From Alphaproteobacteria bacterium (GTDB taxonomy: Bacteria > Pseudomonadota > Alphaproteobacteria > Geminicoccales > Geminicoccaceae): a stretch of DNA of 64,000 nt. The notes beneath the pieces were generated by a model. That model ran no database searches. It worked only from the letters and a program-made list of their open reading frames with translations, and had not been told where the DNA came from. A program made the position numbers and the translations under genes. Positions 1-16,366 of the stretch are shown piece after piece. The stretch is taken from contig JALSGP010000009.1 in the NCBI GenBank assembly GCA_026982705.1, positions 29,429 through 93,428 of the forward strand, written 5' to 3'. Position 1 is the first letter of the stretch; each line of letters opens with the position of its first letter.

Positions 1-102
1 CGGGACGGCCCGCGCGCGGGCCGAATCCGTGGACGGCCTCCTGCCTGCCCGGCCCGGGCGCGACGCCCCGTGCGCCCGCCGTCCCGCCCCCGCCGGACCC
101 GC

Positions 103-795
103 TCAGCGGGCCGGCCGCAGCCGGTCGGCCCGCAGCAGGGTGAGGCGGCCGTCCGCCCGCCCCGGGAAGTGGACGTCGAGGGTGCTGGCGGCGTAGTAGG
201 GGTGATAGTAGCGCCGCACCGCCTCCACCGGACGCGGCCGCGGAGCCAGATTGTCCAGGAGCAGGTCGCGCCCGTCCACCCGCACCTCCAGCACCGCATG
301 GGGCACGTCGCGCCGGGTGTCCTGCAGGACGATCAGGCGCATGTCGCGCGCCGGCACGCCCAGGAGGCGCAGAGAGACATATTTGAAGATCGCATAGTCC
401 TCACAGTCGCCGGAGCGGGTGAGGAATTCGAAGGGCGTGGCCCAGTAGTCGCTCCGTCCCCAGATCTCGGCGTCGGTCCGATAGGGAAAGGCGTTGGCGA
501 ACCGATCCACCGCCGCCACCTGCGCCGCCCGCGACCGATCCCCGAGCCGACGCAGCAGATCGCGCCAGGCGCGGGCCCGATCCGACGGACAGGCCCCGGC
601 CCGGGCGAGACAGGCCTCGTAGCGCGGCCATTCCCGCGCCAGCCGATCCAGCAGGCGCTTCCACTTGGGCACCGCCTCGACGCCGGTGGTGTAGGCCACC
701 GCCCGCCCCAGCACCGCCGAGAGGGGCGCCGCCCCGACGGGGGCCGCGAGGAGCAGCAGCAGGAGAGCGCACAGCGGGGCCAGCGCACGCGACAT
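103..795 (-). CDS. secreted transglutaminase-like cysteine peptidase (BTLCP / peptidase C93-like)
   Basis: ORF 103..810. The internal ATG at 795 has GGAGGA 6 nt upstream. Signal peptide MSRALAPLCALLLLLLAAPVGAAP. Motif SGDCEDYAIFKY resembles the catalytic Cys region of bacterial transglutaminase-like peptidases (recognised from memory). Confidence 0.55.
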   Translation of the reverse strand: MSRALAPLCALLLLLLAAPVGAAPLSAVLGRAVAYTTGVEAVPKWKRLLDRLAREWPRYEACLARAGACPSDRARAWRDLLRRLGDRSRAAQVAAVDRFANAFPYRTDAEIWGRSDYWATPFEFLTRSGDCEDYAIFKYVSLRLLGVPARDMRLIVLQDTRRDVPHAVLEVRVDGRDLLLDNLAPRPRPVEAVRRYYHPYYAASTLDVHFPGRADGRLTLLRADRLRPAR

Positions 796-907
796 GACGA
801 TCCTCCACACTCCACCGCCGTGGAGGATCGCCCACGGATCTTAAGGACCGGTTAGCGGCGCGCCCGCGTGCCGTCCGTTCATACCCGGATATTCGCGTTC
901 CCACACG

Positions 908-2104
908 TCACGGTCGTCGCCCCTCCGCCACCCGCCGCAGCCGGGCGAAGCCCGCCTCGAGGTCCGCGACGAGATCGTCGGGATCCTCGAGGCCCACGTG
1001 GAAGCGCAGGGTGGGTCCCTCCGCCCGCCACGGCACCGCCGTCCGCTGGCGCTCGGGATGGGTGACCAGCACCAGGCTCTCGTAGCCTCCCCAGCTCGCG
1101 CCGATGCCGAAGAGTTCGAGGCCGTCCACCATGGCGTGCACCGCTTCCGTCGGAACCGGCCGGAGCACCACGCCGAAGAGGCCGGTGGCGCCGCGGAAGT
1201 CCCGCTTCCAGAGGGCATGGTCGGGATGGGTGTCGAGGGCCGGATGGAGGACGCGGGCGACTTCCGGCCGTCCCGCCAGCCACTCCGCCACCCGGAGGGC
1301 GCTCCGCTCGTGGCGCTCCAGGCGGGCGGCCAGCGTGCGCAGCCCCCGGAGCGCCAGCCAGCAGTCGTCGGGACCGGCAGGCGCCCCGTATTCGTAGATG
1401 CCGTCGCGGAGTTCGAGGTGGAGCCCGGCGCCGGTGGTCACCGCCCCCATCACCAGATCGGAATGGCCGCCGATGTACTTGGTCACCGCCTGGATGGAGA
1501 CGTCCACCCCCACCTCCAGCGGCCGGAAGAACAGCGGCGTCGCCCAGGTGTTGTCCATGGCCGTGAGGACGCCGCGACCGCGGCAGATCTCGGCGATGGC
1601 GGGCACGTCCTGCAGCTCGAAGGTGAGCGAGCCCGGCGATTCGAGGAAGACGAGGCGGGTGTTCGGCCGCAGGAGCTCGCGGATGCCGGAGCCGATGCGC
1701 GGATCGAAATACTCCACCTCCACCCCGAAGCGGCGCAGCACCCGTTCGCAGAAGCGGCGGGTGGGACCGTAGACGCAGTCCACCACCAGCACGTGATCGC
1801 CGGCGCGGGTGAGGGCCGCCAGGGTGAGCACGCAGGCGGCCTTGCCCGAACCCACCACCAGCGTGCGGTGGCCGCGCTCGATGCCGGCGATGGCTTCCTC
1901 GAGGGCGAAGGTGGTGGGGGTGCCGGCCCGGCCGTAGGTGACCCCTTCGTGGGGACGCCGTGATTCATAGGCCGCCACGGTGGGCGCCAGCACCGTCGAG
2001 GCCCGGTAGACGGGCGGATTGACGATGCCGAAGTGGCGCTCGGGGTCGCGCCCGAGCTGGGTGAGGAGGGTGGCGTCGCGAAGACCGGGGCGGATCCGGG
2101 TCAT
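908..2104 (-). CDS. metC: cystathionine beta-lyase (Cys/Met-metabolism PLP enzyme)
   Basis: 398-aa ORF. N-terminus DATLLTQLGRDPERHFGIVNPPVYRASTV and the PLP-lysine region AVTKYIGGHSD are typical of MetC-type enzymes. Confidence 0.8.
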   Translation of the reverse strand: MTRIRPGLRDATLLTQLGRDPERHFGIVNPPVYRASTVLAPTVAAYESRRPHEGVTYGRAGTPTTFALEEAIAGIERGHRTLVVGSGKAACVLTLAALTRAGDHVLVVDCVYGPTRRFCERVLRRFGVEVEYFDPRIGSGIRELLRPNTRLVFLESPGSLTFELQDVPAIAEICRGRGVLTAMDNTWATPLFFRPLEVGVDVSIQAVTKYIGGHSDLVMGAVTTGAGLHLELRDGIYEYGAPAGPDDCWLALRGLRTLAARLERHERSALRVAEWLAGRPEVARVLHPALDTHPDHALWKRDFRGATGLFGVVLRPVPTEAVHAMVDGLELFGIGASWGGYESLVLVTHPERQRTAVPWRAEGPTLRFHVGLEDPDDLVADLEAGFARLRRVAEGRRP

Positions 2105-2273
2105 GGCGATGCGTCCGCGGCTGCCCGCGCCCCGCTAGCACCGGCCGCCGGCGGCGACCAGAGTGCACACCCGCAACGCCCGTCCCGCCGGGAGCCGGTG
2201 CGGCCGCGACGCTTGCCGCGGCGCCGCGGCGGCGTTAGCTCCGGCGCGGTCGTCCCGGACGGATCGCGAGACC

Positions 2274-3074
2274 ATGGACCCCGCCCCCTGGCTCGAGGCG
2301 GCGCTTTTGGGCGCCGTCGAGGGCCTCACCGAATTCCTGCCGGTCTCCTCCACCGGTCACCTCATCCTCCTCGTGGACCTGCTCGCCTTCGCCGGACCGC
2401 CCGGGCGGGTGTTCGAGGTGGTGATCCAGCTCGGCGCCATCCTCGCCGTCTGCGTCGCCTACTTCCGCAGGCTCCTCGGCGTGCTGGTGGCGCTTCCCCG
2501 CGACGACGGGGCCCGCCGCTTCGCCGCCAATCTGCTGCTGGCCTTCCTCCCCGCCGCCGTCCTCGGCGCCACCCTCCACGGCTTCATCAAGGCGGTGCTG
2601 TTCGACCCGCGGGTGGTGGCGGTGGCGCTGGTCGCGGGCGGATTCGTGCTGCTGTGGGCGGACCGGCGGCCCCACGCCGAGCGTTACGGGGAGGTGGAAC
2701 GGATCCCGCCGCTCCGGGCGCTGGGCATCGGCCTGTTCCAGACCCTCGCCATGATCCCCGGCGTCTCCCGTTCCGGCGCCACCATCGTCGGCGCCCTGCT
2801 GCTGGGCGTGACGCGGCGGACGGCGGCGGAGTTCTCCTTCTTCCTCGCCATCCCCACCATGCTCGGGGCCGCCGTCTTCGATCTCTGGAAGAACCGCGCG
2901 GTGCTGGATCTCGACGGTCTCGCCCTCGTCGCCACCGGCTTCGCCGTGGCCTTCCTCGCGGCGCTGGCGGTGGTGCGCCCCTTCGTCGCCTTCGTCGGCC
3001 GCCATGGCTTCGCCCCCTTCGCCGTCTACCGCATCGCCCTCGGCAGCGTGCTGCTGGGGCTGCTCCTGGCCTGA
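2274..3074 (+). CDS. uppP: undecaprenyl-diphosphate phosphatase
   Basis: Internal ATG at 2274 of ORF 2163..3074. LGAVEGLTEFLPVSSTGHLIL and IPGVSRSGATI are classic BacA/UppP motifs. Multi-pass membrane protein. Confidence 0.85.
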   Translation: MDPAPWLEAALLGAVEGLTEFLPVSSTGHLILLVDLLAFAGPPGRVFEVVIQLGAILAVCVAYFRRLLGVLVALPRDDGARRFAANLLLAFLPAAVLGATLHGFIKAVLFDPRVVAVALVAGGFVLLWADRRPHAERYGEVERIPPLRALGIGLFQTLAMIPGVSRSGATIVGALLLGVTRRTAAEFSFFLAIPTMLGAAVFDLWKNRAVLDLDGLALVATGFAVAFLAALAVVRPFVAFVGRHGFAPFAVYRIALGSVLLGLLLA

Positions 3075-3200
3075 ACCGTCCGTGCGCGTTGACAGACCCC
3101 GGCCCCGGCCCTATATGCGCCGCGCACGCCGGGGCGTCCGGTGCCCGACACGTGTCCCCGGCCCGGCACATCCCACGGTCTCGAGCGAAACGGCCCATCC

Positions 3201-3518
3201 ATGTACGCAGTCATCCGCACGGGCGGCAAGCAGTACCGTGTCGCCGAGGGACAGGTGCTCTTCATCGAGAAGATCGATGCCGAGCCGGGCAGCACGATCG
3301 AGTTCGACGACGTGCTGATGATCGGCGGCGAGGAGACGCGCATCGGACGGCCCCGGGTGGAGGGCGCCCGGGTGCGCGCCACGGTGCTGGACCAGATCAA
3401 GGGCCCCAAGATCGTGGTCTTCAAATTCAAGCGCCGCAAGAACTACAAGCGCAAGAAGGGCCACCGCCAGCGCCAGACGGTGGTGCGCATCCAGGACATC
3501 CTCCTTCCCGACGCGTGA
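3201..3518 (+). CDS. rplU: 50S ribosomal protein L21
   Basis: MYAVIRTGGKQYRVAEGQVLFIEK start, inside ORF 3141..3518. Confidence 0.9.
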   Translation: MYAVIRTGGKQYRVAEGQVLFIEKIDAEPGSTIEFDDVLMIGGEETRIGRPRVEGARVRATVLDQIKGPKIVVFKFKRRKNYKRKKGHRQRQTVVRIQDILLPDA

Positions 3519-3526
3519 GGTGAGCC

Positions 3527-3793
3527 ATGGCGCACAAGAAGGCAGGCGGCAGCTCCCGCAACGGTCGCGACTCGCCGGGCAAGCGGCTCGGGGTCAAGAT
3601 CTTCGGCGGCCAGCGGGTGATCCCGGGCCACATCATCGTCCGCCAGCGGGGGACCCGTTTCCACCCGGGCAAGGGCGTGGGCATGGGCCGCGACCACACC
3701 CTCTTCGCCCTGGTGCCGGGACGGGTGGAGTTCCGTCGGCGCCACGGGCGGACCTACGTCCACGTGGTGCCGGAGGCACAGGCGGCGGAATGA
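3527..3793 (+). CDS. rpmA: 50S ribosomal protein L27
   Basis: [24 protein letters not shown]... canonical L27 N-terminus, directly after rplU. Confidence 0.95.
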   Translation: MAHKKAGGSSRNGRDSPGKRLGVKIFGGQRVIPGHIIVRQRGTRFHPGKGVGMGRDHTLFALVPGRVEFRRRHGRTYVHVVPEAQAAE

Positions 3794-6033
<2,240 letters not shown>

Positions 6034-6123
6034 GATCCCCTCCCACCACCCGCCGGAACGGTCCACCGGTGGCACGGCGGCGCTAGACGTGCGGGCGGCA
6101 GGACGCCGCGACGGGAGGGGATC

Positions 6124-7101
6124 ATGGCCGCGTCCACGACCCTCGACATCGGCTTTCCCTACGAGCTGCGCCTCGTCACCGAGGCGGCCGCCCGCGCCTG
6201 CTACGACTGGATCGGGCGCGGCGACAAGATCGAGGCGGATCGCGCGGCGGTCCACGCCATGCGCGAGACCCTGAACCGCCTGCCCTTCCGCGGCGTGGTG
6301 GTGATCGGCGAGGGGGAGAAGGACGAGGCGCCGGAGCTCTACAAGGGCGAGCTGCTCGGGGCGGCGGCGGGCGAGCCGGCCTTCGACATCGCCGTCGATC
6401 CCCTCGAGGGGACCAGCTATCTCGCCAAGGGCCTCACCAACGCCATGGCCGCCATCGCCATCGCGCCGCGTGGTGCCATGCTGGATCCGGGGCCCTGCTA
6501 CTACATGGAGAAGTTCGCGGCCCCGCCCGCCGCCCGCGGCGCGATCGAGCCCGACTGGCCGGTGGACCGCAAGCTCGCCCGCCTCGCCGAGGTGCTGGAC
6601 AAGCGGGTGTCGGATCTCACCGTCTACGTGCTGGAGAAGCCGCGCCACGAGCGGCTGGTCAGGGAGATCCACGCCGCCGGCGCGCGGGTGGCCCTCTATC
6701 CGGCGGGGGACGTGGCCGGTGCCATCATGGCCGCCCTGCCGGATTCCGGCATCGACGCCCTCATGGGCACCGGCGGCACGCCGGAAGGGATCCTCGCCGC
6801 CTGCGCCATCCGGGCGCTCGGCGGGACCTTCTTCGGTCGCATGGACCCGCAGCTCGCCGGCGAGAAGCAGCGGGTCCGGGAGGCCGGCATCGACACCACC
6901 CGCTGGTACACCCTCGAGGAGCTGGTCACCGCCTCCGACGTGGTCTTCTGCGCCACCGGCATCACCACCGGTCTGCTGTTCGAGGGCGTGACGCGCACCG
7001 ACGGCCACTACCGGACCCAGACGCTGATCGTCTCCGGCCTCACCGGCGAGCGACAGCTCCTCACCACCTGGCTGCCCCGCAGCGCCCGCAGGGAGATCTG
7101 A
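6124..7101 (+). CDS. glpX: class II (GlpX-type) fructose-1,6-/sedoheptulose-1,7-bisphosphatase, first gene of the cbb operon
   Basis: 325 aa. RLVTEAAARACYDWIGRGDKIEADRAAVHAMR, VVIGEGEKDEAP and DPLEGT are GlpX hallmarks. The gene ends 2 nt before prk. Confidence 0.85.
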   Translation: MAASTTLDIGFPYELRLVTEAAARACYDWIGRGDKIEADRAAVHAMRETLNRLPFRGVVVIGEGEKDEAPELYKGELLGAAAGEPAFDIAVDPLEGTSYLAKGLTNAMAAIAIAPRGAMLDPGPCYYMEKFAAPPAARGAIEPDWPVDRKLARLAEVLDKRVSDLTVYVLEKPRHERLVREIHAAGARVALYPAGDVAGAIMAALPDSGIDALMGTGGTPEGILAACAIRALGGTFFGRMDPQLAGEKQRVREAGIDTTRWYTLEELVTASDVVFCATGITTGLLFEGVTRTDGHYRTQTLIVSGLTGERQLLTTWLPRSARREI

Positions 7102-7103
7102 AG

Positions 7104-8033
7104 ATGCCCGAAAGGCGTGTGGATCATCCCATCATCCTCGGCATCGTCGGCGATTCCGCCACGGGCAAGACCACCCTCACCTCCGGCATCGCCGCCATTC
7201 TCGGCAGGGACCGGGTCGCCACCATCTGCACCGACGACTATCACAAGTACGACCGCAAGCAGCGGGCCGAGCTCGGCATCACCGCGCTCCATCCGGACTG
7301 CAACTACATCGACATCATGGAGCAGCACCTGCGCCTGCTGCGGCAGGGGCAGCCGATCCTGAAGCCGATTTACAATCATTCCACCGGCACCTTCGATCCG
7401 CCGGAATACATCGAACCAAAACCGTACATCATCGTCGAGGGGCTCTTGGGGTATCATACCCGCAGGATGCGGGAGTGCTACGACGTCAAAGTCTATCTCG
7501 AACCGGACGAGAACCTGCGCGTCAAGTGGAAGGTCCACCGCGACACCACCAAGCGCGGCTACACGCCCGAACAGGTCCTGAAGCAGATCGAGGAGCGGCG
7601 CGCCGACACCGAGGCCTTCATCCGGCCGCAGCGGACCTTCGCCGACATCGTGGTCACCTTCTATCCGCCGGCGGACCATGCCGAGGAGACGGGGGCCCAT
7701 CTCAACGTGCGTCACATCCTCCGCCCCACCCTCCCCCATCCCGACTTCACCCCGATCCTCGACGTGGATCCCAACGGCCACATCTATCTGCGGCTCGCCC
7801 GCGACGTGGACGGCAAGCCGGTGGACATCCTGGAGATCCGCGGCGACATCCCCGAGGCCAAGGCGAAGCGGGTGGAAGATCTGCTCTGGTCCCTCATTCC
7901 CGAAGCGAGCTATCTGCGGCAGAACGTCGGCCGCTACGAGGAGGGGCGCGAGATCAGCCATCCCCTCGCGCTCACCCAGCTCCTGCTCGCCTACCACATG
8001 GTCAAGGCGGCGCAGGGGGTCTATGCGGTCTGA
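7104..8033 (+). CDS. prk: phosphoribulokinase
   Basis: P-loop IILGIVGDSATGKTT followed by ICTDDYHKYDRKQR, typical of bacterial PRK (cbbP). Confidence 0.9.
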   Translation: MPERRVDHPIILGIVGDSATGKTTLTSGIAAILGRDRVATICTDDYHKYDRKQRAELGITALHPDCNYIDIMEQHLRLLRQGQPILKPIYNHSTGTFDPPEYIEPKPYIIVEGLLGYHTRRMRECYDVKVYLEPDENLRVKWKVHRDTTKRGYTPEQVLKQIEERRADTEAFIRPQRTFADIVVTFYPPADHAEETGAHLNVRHILRPTLPHPDFTPILDVDPNGHIYLRLARDVDGKPVDILEIRGDIPEAKAKRVEDLLWSLIPEASYLRQNVGRYEEGREISHPLALTQLLLAYHMVKAAQGVYAV

Positions 8034-8057
8034 ACCTGCCCTTCGGGAGTGGAGCCC

Positions 8058-10082
8058 ATGACCACCGCGACCCTCGAGACCACGGCCCGGGAGGTGGAGC
8101 TGCGGCGGCTCGCCCATGCCGTCCGCTTCCTCGCCGTGGACGCCGTGGAGCAGGCCCGCTCCGGTCATCCCGGCATGCCGCTGGGCATGGCCGACGTGGC
8201 CACGGTGCTGTGGCAGAAGCACCTGCGCTTCTACGCGGCCGAACCGCAGTGGCCCGACCGTGACCGCTTCGTCCTCTCCGCCGGCCACGGTTCCATGCTG
8301 CTCTATGCCCTGCTCTATCTGACGGGCGTGCCGGGGGTCGGTCTCGACGAACTGAAGCGGTTCCGTCAGCTCGGCTCGAAGACGCCGGGCCATCCCGAGG
8401 TGGGGCTCACGCCGGGCGTGGAGACCACCACCGGCCCGCTGGGACAGGGCTTCGCCAATGCGGTGGGCATGGCGCTGGCCGAGGCCCATCTGCGCGCGCT
8501 CTTCGGGGAAGAGCTCGTGGATCACCGCACCTGGGTGATCGCCTCCGACGGCGATCTCATGGAGGGGGTGAGCCACGAGGCGGCTTCCCTCGCCGGCCAT
8601 CTGCGCCTGTCGCGGCTGATCGTGCTGTTCGACGACAACGGCATCTCCATCGACGGCCGCCTCGACCTCGCCTGCTCCGACGACGTGCTCCGGCGCTTCG
8701 AGGCTTACGGCTGGAACGTGGATCGCATCGACGGCCACGATCTCGACGGGATCGACCGGGCGCTCGCGGCGGCGAAGGACTCGGATCGGCCGGTGCTGAT
8801 CGCCTGCCGCACCGTCATCGGCTACGGCGCCCCCACCCTCCAGGGCAGCGAGAAGGTCCACGGCGCCCCCCTCGGTCCCGAGGAGGTGGCCCGCCTGCGG
8901 GAGAAGCTGGACTGGCCCCACCCGCCCTTCGCGGTGCCGGAGGAGCTGATGGCCCGCTGGCGGGCGGCGGGTGCGCGCGGGCGCGAGGCCTATCTGGCCT
9001 GGCGGGCGCGGCTGGAGCGGGCGCCCGAGGGGCTGCGGGCGGAGTTCGTGCGGCGGCTGGAGCGGCGTCTGCCCGAGGGACTCGCCGCGGCGATCCGCGA
9101 TCACAAGCGGCGGCTGGTGGAGGAGCGGCCCACCGTCGCCACCCGCAAGGCCAGCCAGATGGCGCTGGAGGCCATCAATCCGGTGGTGCCGGAGACCATC
9201 GGCGGCTCCGCCGATCTCACCGGCTCCAACAACACCAGGACGTCCGATCTCGCCGCCATCGCCCCCGGGGCCTATGCCGGCCGCTACGTCCACTGGGGCG
9301 TGCGCGAGCACGGCATGGTGGCGGCGATGAACGGCATGAGCCTGCACGGCGGGGTGATCCCCTACGGCGGCACCTTCCTGGTCTTCTCCGACTACTGCCG
9401 GCCGGCGCTGCGGGTCGCCGCCCTCTCCCACATCCCGGTGATCCTGGTGGCGACCCACGACTCCATCGGCCTCGGCGAGGACGGCCCCACCCACCAGCCG
9501 GTGGAGCATCTGGCGGCCCTGCGGGCGATGCCCAATCTGTGGGTGCTGCGCCCGGCCGACGCGGTGGAGACCGCCGAGTGCTGGCAGGTGATGCTGGAGC
9601 GCCGCGACGGCCCCTGCGTCGTCGCCCTCACCCGTCAGAACGTGCCGCCGGTGCGCACCGTCCAGGTGGACGAGAATCTGTGTGCGCGGGGCGGCTACGT
9701 GCTGGCCGAGGCCGACGGACCGCGGGACGTGACGCTGCTCGCCACCGGCTCGGAGGTCCACATCGCCCTCGAGGCGCGCGATCGCCTCGCCGCCGAGGGC
9801 ATCCGGGCGGCGGTGGTCTCCCTGCCCTGTTTCGAGCTCTTCGACCTGCAGCCGGAAGCCTACCGGCGCGAGGTCCTGGGTTCCGCTCCCCGCCTCGCCG
9901 TGGAAGCGGCGGTGCCGTTCGGCTGGACGCGCTATGTGGAGAGCGAGGCCGACGTGGTGGGCATGCGTGCCTTCGGCGCCAGTGCGCCCTACAAGGACCT
10001 GTACCGCCACTTCGGCATCACCGCCGAGGCACTGGCCGAGAAGGCCCGAGCGAAACTGTCACGAGAGGGAGCGAGACGATGA
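8058..10082 (+). CDS. tkt: transketolase
   Basis: [24 protein letters not shown] ThDP motif. ORF begins at GTG 8049, but ATG 8058 has GGGAGTGGAG just upstream, so 8058 was chosen (start uncertain by 9 nt). Confidence 0.9.
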   Translation: MTTATLETTAREVELRRLAHAVRFLAVDAVEQARSGHPGMPLGMADVATVLWQKHLRFYAAEPQWPDRDRFVLSAGHGSMLLYALLYLTGVPGVGLDELKRFRQLGSKTPGHPEVGLTPGVETTTGPLGQGFANAVGMALAEAHLRALFGEELVDHRTWVIASDGDLMEGVSHEAASLAGHLRLSRLIVLFDDNGISIDGRLDLACSDDVLRRFEAYGWNVDRIDGHDLDGIDRALAAAKDSDRPVLIACRTVIGYGAPTLQGSEKVHGAPLGPEEVARLREKLDWPHPPFAVPEELMARWRAAGARGREAYLAWRARLERAPEGLRAEFVRRLERRLPEGLAAAIRDHKRRLVEERPTVATRKASQMALEAINPVVPETIGGSADLTGSNNTRTSDLAAIAPGAYAGRYVHWGVREHGMVAAMNGMSLHGGVIPYGGTFLVFSDYCRPALRVAALSHIPVILVATHDSIGLGEDGPTHQPVEHLAALRAMPNLWVLRPADAVETAECWQVMLERRDGPCVVALTRQNVPPVRTVQVDENLCARGGYVLAEADGPRDVTLLATGSEVHIALEARDRLAAEGIRAAVVSLPCFELFDLQPEAYRREVLGSAPRLAVEAAVPFGWTRYVESEADVVGMRAFGASAPYKDLYRHFGITAEALAEKARAKLSREGARR

Positions 10083-11083
10083 CCCTGCGCGTGGCCATCA
10101 ACGGGTTCGGACGCATCGGACGCAATGTGCTGCGCGCCCTGGTGGCGCGGGGCGAGCGCGAGGTGCAGGTGGTGGCGATCAACGATCTCGCGCCGCCCGA
10201 GACCAACGTGCATCTTTTCAAGTACGACAGCGTCCACGGCCGCTTCCGTGGCGAGGTGCGCCACGAGGGCGAGACCATGGACGTGGGCTTCGGGCCCATC
10301 AAGCTGCTGGCCGAGCCGGAGGTGGAGCGGCTTCCCTGGCGGGAGCTCGGCATCGACGTGGTGATGGAGTGCACGGGTCGCTTCACCAAACGTGACGCGG
10401 CGGCCCGCCATCTCGCCGCCGGCGCCCGCAAGGTGCTGGTCTCGGCGCCGGCCGACGGGGCCGATCTCACGGTGGTCTACGGCGTCAACCACCGCATGCT
10501 CCGGCCCGAACACACGGTGGTCTCCAACGCCTCCTGCACCACCAACTGCCTCGCGCCGCTGGCCAAGGTCATGCACGAGACCTTCGGCATCGAGCGCGGC
10601 CACATGACCACCATCCACGCCTACACCAACGACCAGCGCCTGCTCGACGTGTTCCACAAGGATCCGCGGCGGGCGCGGGCGGCCGCCGTCAACATGATCC
10701 CCACCTCCACCGGCGCCGCCCGGGCGGTGGGGCTGGTGCTGCCGGAGCTCGCGGGCAAGCTCGACGGCGTCGCCATCCGCGTGCCCTGCGCCAACGTCTC
10801 GCTGGTGGACCTCACCTTCGTGCCCGGTCGCGAGGTGACGCGGGAGGAGGTGGAGGAGGCGGTGGTGCGCGCCGCCGAGGGCGAGCTCGCCGGCGTCCTC
10901 GACTATCACCGCGAGCCGCTGGTCTCCATGGATTTCAACGGCAGCGCCGCGAGCTCCACGGTGGACCTCACCTCCATCAAGGTGCTGGAGAGCCGCCTCG
11001 TGCGTGTCGCCTCCTGGTACGACAACGAATGGGGCTTCTCCAACCGCATGATCGACACCGCCAAGGCCCTCGGGAGGGTGTGA
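10079..11083 (+). CDS. gap: glyceraldehyde-3-phosphate dehydrogenase
   Basis: ATG 10079 overlaps the tkt stop (ATGA). [17 protein letters not shown] and the [12 protein letters not shown] active-site motif. Confidence 0.9.
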   Translation: MTLRVAINGFGRIGRNVLRALVARGEREVQVVAINDLAPPETNVHLFKYDSVHGRFRGEVRHEGETMDVGFGPIKLLAEPEVERLPWRELGIDVVMECTGRFTKRDAAARHLAAGARKVLVSAPADGADLTVVYGVNHRMLRPEHTVVSNASCTTNCLAPLAKVMHETFGIERGHMTTIHAYTNDQRLLDVFHKDPRRARAAAVNMIPTSTGAARAVGLVLPELAGKLDGVAIRVPCANVSLVDLTFVPGREVTREEVEEAVVRAAEGELAGVLDYHREPLVSMDFNGSAASSTVDLTSIKVLESRLVRVASWYDNEWGFSNRMIDTAKALGRV

Positions 11084-11085
11084 GC

Positions 11086-12303
11086 ATGGTCCGCTTCCGC
11101 ACCCTCGACGATCTCGATCCGCGCGGCCGTCGGGTGCTGGTGCGCGTCGACTTCAACGTCCCCATGCAGGACGGCGAGGTGACCGACGCCACGCGGATCG
11201 AGCGGGCGGCCACCACCCTGCGGGAGCTCGCGGACAAGGGAGGGCGCGTGGTCGCGCTCTCCCACTTCGGTCGCCCCAAGGGCCGGCGCGAGCCCTCCAT
11301 GTCGCTGCGGCCGGTGGTGTCGGTGCTGGAGCGGGTGCTGGGACGGCCGGTGGTCTTCGGCGAGGACTGCGTGGGCGAGGCGGCGATGGCGGCGGTGGCG
11401 AGGCTCGCCGACGGCGGGGTGGCGCTGCTTGAGAACCTGCGCTTCCACCCGGGCGAGGAGAAGAACGACCCGGCCTTCGCCGAGGCCCTCGCCGCCCTCG
11501 GCGACGTCTACGTGAACGACGCCTTCTCCGCCTCCCACCGGGCGCACGCCTCCATCGTCGGCCTCGCCGAACGGCGGCCCGCCTTCGCGGGGCGGCTGCT
11601 GCAGCGGGAGGTGGAGGCGCTGGAGACGGCGCTGGGCGGTGCCGCCCGTCCCTCGGCGGCGCTGGTGGGGGGTGCCAAGGTGTCCACCAAGCTCGCCGTG
11701 CTGGAGAACCTCCTGGACCGGGTGGACGTGCTCGTCGTGGGCGGCGGCATGGCCAACACCTTCCTGCTGGCACGCGGCCTCGACGTGGGGCGGTCGCTGT
11801 GCGAGCGCGAGCTGGTGGAGACGGCCGCCGCCATCCTCGACAAGGCCGCCCGCACCGGGCGCGAGGTGGTGCTGCCGGTGGACGCGGTGGTGGCCCGCGA
11901 GCTGGCGCCGGAGGTGGAGACCCGGGTGGTGCCGGTGGCGGAGGTGGGAGCGGAGGAGATGATCCTGGACGTGGGCCCCGCCACCGTGGCTGCCATCGTC
12001 GAACGGCTGCGCGCCTGTCGCACGCTGCTGTGGAACGGTCCCCTCGGCGCCTTCGAGGTGCCGCCCTTCGACCGGGCCACGGTGGAAGTGGCGCGGGCGG
12101 CGGCCGAGCTCACCGAGGCGGGCGGGCTCGAGACCATCGCCGGCGGCGGCGACACCGTGGCCGCCCTCGCCCACGCCGGCGTGCTCGAGCGCTTCACCTA
12201 CGTCTCCACCGCCGGCGGTGCCTTCCTCGAGTTCATCGAGGGCAAGCCCCTGCCCGGGCTCGTGGCCCTCGAACGGGCGGCCGCGCGGACCGGATCGGGC
12301 TGA
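11086..12303 (+). CDS. pgk: phosphoglycerate kinase
   Basis: [23 protein letters not shown] and [19 protein letters not shown] before ATG 11086. Confidence 0.9.
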   Translation: MVRFRTLDDLDPRGRRVLVRVDFNVPMQDGEVTDATRIERAATTLRELADKGGRVVALSHFGRPKGRREPSMSLRPVVSVLERVLGRPVVFGEDCVGEAAMAAVARLADGGVALLENLRFHPGEEKNDPAFAEALAALGDVYVNDAFSASHRAHASIVGLAERRPAFAGRLLQREVEALETALGGAARPSAALVGGAKVSTKLAVLENLLDRVDVLVVGGGMANTFLLARGLDVGRSLCERELVETAAAILDKAARTGREVVLPVDAVVARELAPEVETRVVPVAEVGAEEMILDVGPATVAAIVERLRACRTLLWNGPLGAFEVPPFDRATVEVARAAAELTEAGGLETIAGGGDTVAALAHAGVLERFTYVSTAGGAFLEFIEGKPLPGLVALERAAARTGSG

Positions 12304-12320
12304 GCCAGGGAGAGAGAGCC

Positions 12321-14884
<2,564 letters not shown>

Positions 14885-14902
14885 GGCGAAGGGAGAGCCG
14901 AA

Positions 14903-15325
14903 ATGCGCATCACGCAGGGAACCTTCTCCTTCCTGCCGGACTTCACCGACGAGGAGATCGCCGCCCAGATCCGCTACTGCATGGATCGGGGCTGGGCCAT
15001 GAACATCGAGTTCACCGACGACATCCACCCCCGCAACACCTACTGGGAGATGTGGGGGTTGCCCATGTTCGACGTCGACGATCCGGCGACGGTGATGTAC
15101 GAGCTCAACGAGTGCCGCAAGGCCTATCCCAACTGCTACATCCGTCTTTCGGCCTACGACAATCGCAAGGGATGGGAGTCGCTGCGGCTCTCCTTCATCG
15201 TCCACCGTCCCACCGACGACGATCCCGGCATCCGGCTGGAGCGGACGGAGGGCTGGAGCCGCACCCAGCGTTACAAGCTCTATCCCTATGCCACCGACAA
15301 GCCGCAGGGTGAGCGCTATCGCTGA
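14903..15325 (+). CDS. cbbS: RuBisCO small subunit (red-type)
   Basis: [40 protein letters not shown], 140 aa, directly after cbbL. Confidence 0.95.
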   Translation: MRITQGTFSFLPDFTDEEIAAQIRYCMDRGWAMNIEFTDDIHPRNTYWEMWGLPMFDVDDPATVMYELNECRKAYPNCYIRLSAYDNRKGWESLRLSFIVHRPTDDDPGIRLERTEGWSRTQRYKLYPYATDKPQGERYR

Positions 15326-15336
15326 GCGGACCCGGA

Positions 15337-15368
15337 GTCTCCGGCCCGGCCGCGGCCGGGCCGGAGAC
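15337..15368 (+). promoter_or_regulatory. intercistronic GC-rich stem-loop between cbbS and cbbX
   Basis: Perfect inverted repeat gtctccggcccggcc / ggccgggccggagac (15 nt arms, 2 nt centre). No U-run follows, so it is more likely an mRNA-stability or attenuation element than a full terminator. Confidence 0.5.
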
Positions 15369-15394
15369 CCGGTGGCCAGTGAGGGGAGAGGATC

Positions 15395-16366
15395 ATGAGC
15401 GAGCGCGAAGGGCAGGCCGGGACCGGCGGGTCCGGCGAGACCACGGCGGCGGTGGACCTGCGGCGGCTGTGGCAGGAATCGGGCGTGGCGGAGGTCCTGG
15501 ACCAGCTCGACCGGGAGCTGGTGGGGCTGATCCCCGTGAAGCAGCGCATCCGCGAGATCGCCTCGCTGCTGGTGGTGGACCGGTTGCGGCGCGAGCACGG
15601 CTTCGAGGCGGAGCCGCCCACCCTCCACATGTCCTTCACCGGCAATCCCGGCACCGGCAAGACCACGGTGGCGGTGCGCATGGCCGACATCCTCCACCGG
15701 CTCGGCTACATCCGCACCAACAAGCTGGTGTCGGTGACGCGGGACGATCTCGTGGGCCAGTACATCGGCCACACCGCGCCCAAGACCAAGGAAGTCCTCA
15801 AGCGGGCCATGGGCGGGGTGCTGTTTATCGACGAGGCCTACTACCTCTATCGCCCCGAGAACGAGCGCGACTACGGCCAGGAGGCCATCGAGATCCTGCT
15901 GCAGGTGATGGAGAACCAGCGGGACGACCTCGTGGTGATCGTGGCCGGCTACAAGGATCGCATGGAGCGGTTCTTCCAGGCCAATCCCGGCTTCCGCTCG
16001 CGCATCGGCCATCACATCGAGTTCCCCGACTATACCCTCGATGAGCTCATGGCCATCGCCGAGCTGATGCTGGCGAAGCAGAACTACCGTTTCAGCGACG
16101 AGGCGCGCGAGGCGTTCCGCGAATACCTGCGGATCCGCATGACCCAGCCCCAGTTCGCCAATGCCCGCTCGGTGCGCAACGCCCTCGACCGGGCCCGGCT
16201 GCGCCAGGCGGTGCGGCTGGTGGAGCAGGGCGCCCGCGAGGTGCTGGGCATCGACGCGCTGTGCACCCTCGAGGCCGAGGACATCCGCAAGAGCCGGGTG
16301 TTCCGCGGCGGCATCGACGGGGATCCGGCGCAGCAGGGCGAGCCGCGGGAACGTGTCGACGCATGA
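15395..16366 (+). CDS. cbbX: CbbX, AAA+ red-type RuBisCO activase
   Basis: Walker [14 protein letters not shown] and Walker [11 protein letters not shown], with the [20 protein letters not shown] region typical of CbbX. Sits downstream of cbbLS. Confidence 0.9.
   Translation: MSEREGQAGTGGSGETTAAVDLRRLWQESGVAEVLDQLDRELVGLIPVKQRIREIASLLVVDRLRREHGFEAEPPTLHMSFTGNPGTGKTTVAVRMADILHRLGYIRTNKLVSVTRDDLVGQYIGHTAPKTKEVLKRAMGGVLFIDEAYYLYRPENERDYGQEAIEILLQVMENQRDDLVVIVAGYKDRMERFFQANPGFRSRIGHHIEFPDYTLDELMAIAELMLAKQNYRFSDEAREAFREYLRIRMTQPQFANARSVRNALDRARLRQAVRLVEQGAREVLGIDALCTLEAEDIRKSRVFRGGIDGDPAQQGEPRERVDA

Noticed and set aside
7008-10010. Very long antisense ORFs. Examples: 1000 aa at 7008..10010 (-), 787 aa at 4645..7008 (-), 888 aa at 13349..16015 (-), 985 aa at 18724..21681 (+), 1288 aa at 22861..26727 (-), 987 aa at 27347..30310 (+), 762 aa at 32732..35020 (-), 776 aa at 37637..39967 (-).
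   Set aside because: - Each lies opposite a gene with unmistakable conserved motifs (prk/tkt, proB/glpX, cbbLSX, recJ/glpX, lon and others).
- Their translations are Arg/Gly/Ala/Pro-rich and low-complexity.
- They are shadow ORFs, expected in G/C-rich DNA where stop codons are rare.
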